Positions 61,792-64,000 of a stretch of DNA of 64,000 bases are shown piece by piece; the first letter of the stretch is position 1, and each line of letters starts with the position of its first letter. The stretch lies in IMG/VR virus record IMGVR_UViG_3300024999_001421, one strand, 5' to 3'. The position numbers and the translations under genes are program-made. Origin of the DNA: a virus. The notes under the pieces are model-generated. The model saw only the letters and a program-made list of their open reading frames with translations. It ran no database searches and was not told the DNA's origin.

Positions 61792-62421
61792 ATGTCCGTT
61801 GAAAATTTGGCGTTTGTTAGTTTTCCGATTCGTTCCACTCAAAGACGTTTTGATATTATTAACTTTCTTAAAGATTTTGGTGTTCTTTCTCGTTGGCAGA
61901 TTAATCAGTTAGTGTTCGATGATTCCAATTATGGTCAGCACAAATGCAGAACGGAGCTAAAAAAACTCTTTGATGCAAAGCTGATTTACCGTGGCAGGTG
62001 TATGTCTACTAACGATTATATTTATTGGATGGGAAAGCAGCCGAAGCACGTTGAACATAGATTGGGAGTCAATCAGATATACCTTAATTTGCGGCATATT
62101 AGCACCATATTTAAGAGTGATTTTGACTTTAGTATTGGCGTAGCTGATGCGTTTATAGTGGTCGAAAATAGGCCGTATTTTGTTGAATATCAGAGGGCGA
62201 TTAATCATTCCGATATGTCGGTTAAGATTCAGCAATACGATCAATATGCTCTTAGTCGTAAATGGGATACCGAAGGTTGGCCGATGCCGGGTAAGTTTGC
62301 AAGAGTTGTTGTAGTTGTTGATAATCTCAAAGACAAAGCAAGGATTGAGAAGTTGGTTAAGGTTAGTAAAGTTGTGGTTCGTGTGTGTCTACTAAGTGAA
62401 GTAAAGGACGTGATTAAATGA
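61792..62421 (+). CDS. replication-relaxation family protein (wHTH + PD-(D/E)xK-like)
   Basis: HVEHRL..N, ADAF...YFVEYQ...KI.QY; downstream of FtsK. Confidence 0.7.
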   Translation: MSVENLAFVSFPIRSTQRRFDIINFLKDFGVLSRWQINQLVFDDSNYGQHKCRTELKKLFDAKLIYRGRCMSTNDYIYWMGKQPKHVEHRLGVNQIYLNLRHISTIFKSDFDFSIGVADAFIVVENRPYFVEYQRAINHSDMSVKIQQYDQYALSRKWDTEGWPMPGKFARVVVVVDNLKDKARIEKLVKVSKVVVRVCLLSEVKDVIK

Positions 62422-62745
62422 GTTTAGCGGGAGCAGGTCGGGGCATTGGTTATATTCTGGGAACTCTTTATCATTTGGGCCCGCCGGACAATACTCCTGA
62501 CCATGAGAAATATTACAAGAAACAGGTGCGAAAGGAAAAGATATTCAATAAGCGCATGGAGTCGTTGTACGGCGATGCCTGGGAGAAGATACGGGATAAA
62601 CGTGTTGCCGCTAATATGGATAGAATGTTAGGTCGTTAACCCGAAAGGGTTATTTTTTTCGGTAAATTTGTGCTGGATACGGTAGAAATGTATTGCATTA
62701 ATAAATAAATTAATATATAATATATGTAAGGTGAGGTGAATTATT

Positions 62746-62898
62746 TTGGCTAAAAAAGCTAATGCAACAGTTACTTTTCAGATTAGAATATCTCCTGAGT
62801 TGCACGATAAGATTATTACGGAGTCGGAAAAGAAGGGAGAAAGTAAGACTGCCGTTGCTGTGCGGATAATGAAACAATACTTTGATGCTAAAAAATAA
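62746..62898 (+). CDS. Arc-like ribbon-helix-helix protein (50 aa, not in ORF track)
   Basis: TFQIRISPELHDKI..ES.K.GES; GAGGTG RBS; TAATG overlap with next gene. Confidence 0.7.
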   Translation: MAKKANATVTFQIRISPELHDKIITESEKKGESKTAVAVRIMKQYFDAKK

Positions 62899-63221
62899 TG
62901 TCTAAATACAAAGAAGGTAACTATATTCAGTTGTCGCGCGAACTCTTTAATGATGATAGGTTTAAGGGGTTGTCACTTAACGCGAAATGGCTATATGTTG
63001 TTCTTAATGAATTAGAGCATAAGTTTACTGGAAGGAAGGAAAACTATTTTTTTCGCTCAAATGAGGACTTAGCAAATGACACAGGATTAAGTATTTCATC
63101 TATTAAGAGAGCAAAAGAAGAACTTAGACCAATCGTTCAAATGTGGCAAATGCACTGGAAGGATACTGAAACAGGTAAGTTATCTAAGAAGAAAATAACC
63201 GCTTTTCGCATTAAAGAATAG
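62898..63221 (+). CDS. HTH replication-initiator-like protein
   Basis: YIQLSRELF...LSLNAKWLY..L...FFRSNEDLA...GLS. Confidence 0.7.
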   Translation: MSKYKEGNYIQLSRELFNDDRFKGLSLNAKWLYVVLNELEHKFTGRKENYFFRSNEDLANDTGLSISSIKRAKEELRPIVQMWQMHWKDTETGKLSKKKITAFRIKE

Positions 63222-63222
63222 G

Positions 63223-63293
63223 TCAAAGGTTCTGTGAGGACTTTTGATATCAAAGGTTCTTTAGGAACCTATATCAAAGGTTCTGTGTGAACC
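63223..63293. repeat. three TCAAAGGTTCT iteron-like repeats followed by AT-rich tract
   Basis: copies at 63223, 63250, 63274, each with a partial inverted half. Confidence 0.7.
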
Positions 63294-64000
63294 ACTATTT
63301 AAGAGTTGATGTTAATCTAACAATTGACTTTATTTATTATAATTAAGATTTAGTAAATAACATAGTCGTTTTGCTTCGCAAATTCGACGGCGTGAAATGG
63401 AGTGAGATAATGAGAGTATATAAATATATGGTTATCTATAATTACAAAGACGGAATAGGAAGAATATGTGTTACTAGAAATCAAAAAATTTCTTCTTATG
63501 ATGATATAGAGGAAATAGACAAATTTATTGCTGAGAAAAAAGGTCTATATGTTGTCGTGGTAACTGACTATAAACTTCTCAGTAGTTACAAGGATGATAG
63601 GTATAGCGACAATGCACAATTAACTTTTGATATGCCTGAATGTTGCACTGATTGTATTGTTAGTTGTGTTGATAATTCGGATCACGGCAAGAAAATTCCC
63701 CTACTCTTTTGCAATGCGATAGCTGAGTATTGTCCTGAGTCTGGAAGGCATAAAGATTGTCCAATTATTGAACTAGGGGAGGAAAACTAACTCTTGGATG
63801 AATTAGTTTGTTATGTTGGGTGTATCGGAAGTCCTACTGGTTGGCTACTTGCTTCGGAGAGTAGACGCGAACATTTTTGGGATAATTTCAGGTCTATGGT
63901 TGAAGCAAAGATAAATTGGCATTGGGAGATATTAGATAAGCATGCTATTTACCATTTTTGTGATGCTTGGTTGTATTAAGAAGGAGGAAACCAATTGACT

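Overview
The window is a contiguous piece of a tailed dsDNA phage genome. No tape-measure or sheath gene was recognised, and there is a 1658-aa putative ejection protein, so the virion is probably podovirus-like. The host is inferred to be a spore-forming Firmicute (sigmaA-type promoters, SLH-domain endolysin, Spo0A-C and Spo0E homologues). Gene order: recombination, replication and nucleotide metabolism (1-18 kb, +); a minus-strand cluster of small early genes (18.1-24.1 kb); packaging, head, tail and ejection genes (25.5-52 kb); an accessory/regulatory island (52-56 kb); lysis (56.2-57.7 kb); a minus-strand tRNA/sRNA/anti-defence cassette array (57.8-59.85 kb); and an FtsK plus replication-relaxation module with a second Rep and iteron-like repeats (59.9-63.4 kb). 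No integrase was recognised. The most notable locus is 52.7-53.9 kb. There a solitary Cas7/RAMP-fold gene overlaps a small HNH nuclease gene and is followed by two non-coding arrays with strict 5-nt periodicity (G-G-H-N-N, 19 and 17 units), separated by a UUCG hairpin and a pseudoknot. This is a candidate non-CRISPR RNA-guided system with an interspersed guide code. Other notable items: two canonical type I hammerhead ribozymes bracketing one gene, a family of pre-RBS hairpins in the early operon, a TGT/DpdA-like gene with a VUT transporter and tRNA-Asn(GUU), a RyR-Tad2(DUF2829) fusion, and an ART-like domain in the ejection protein. All family assignments come from motif recognition by eye; no searches were run.
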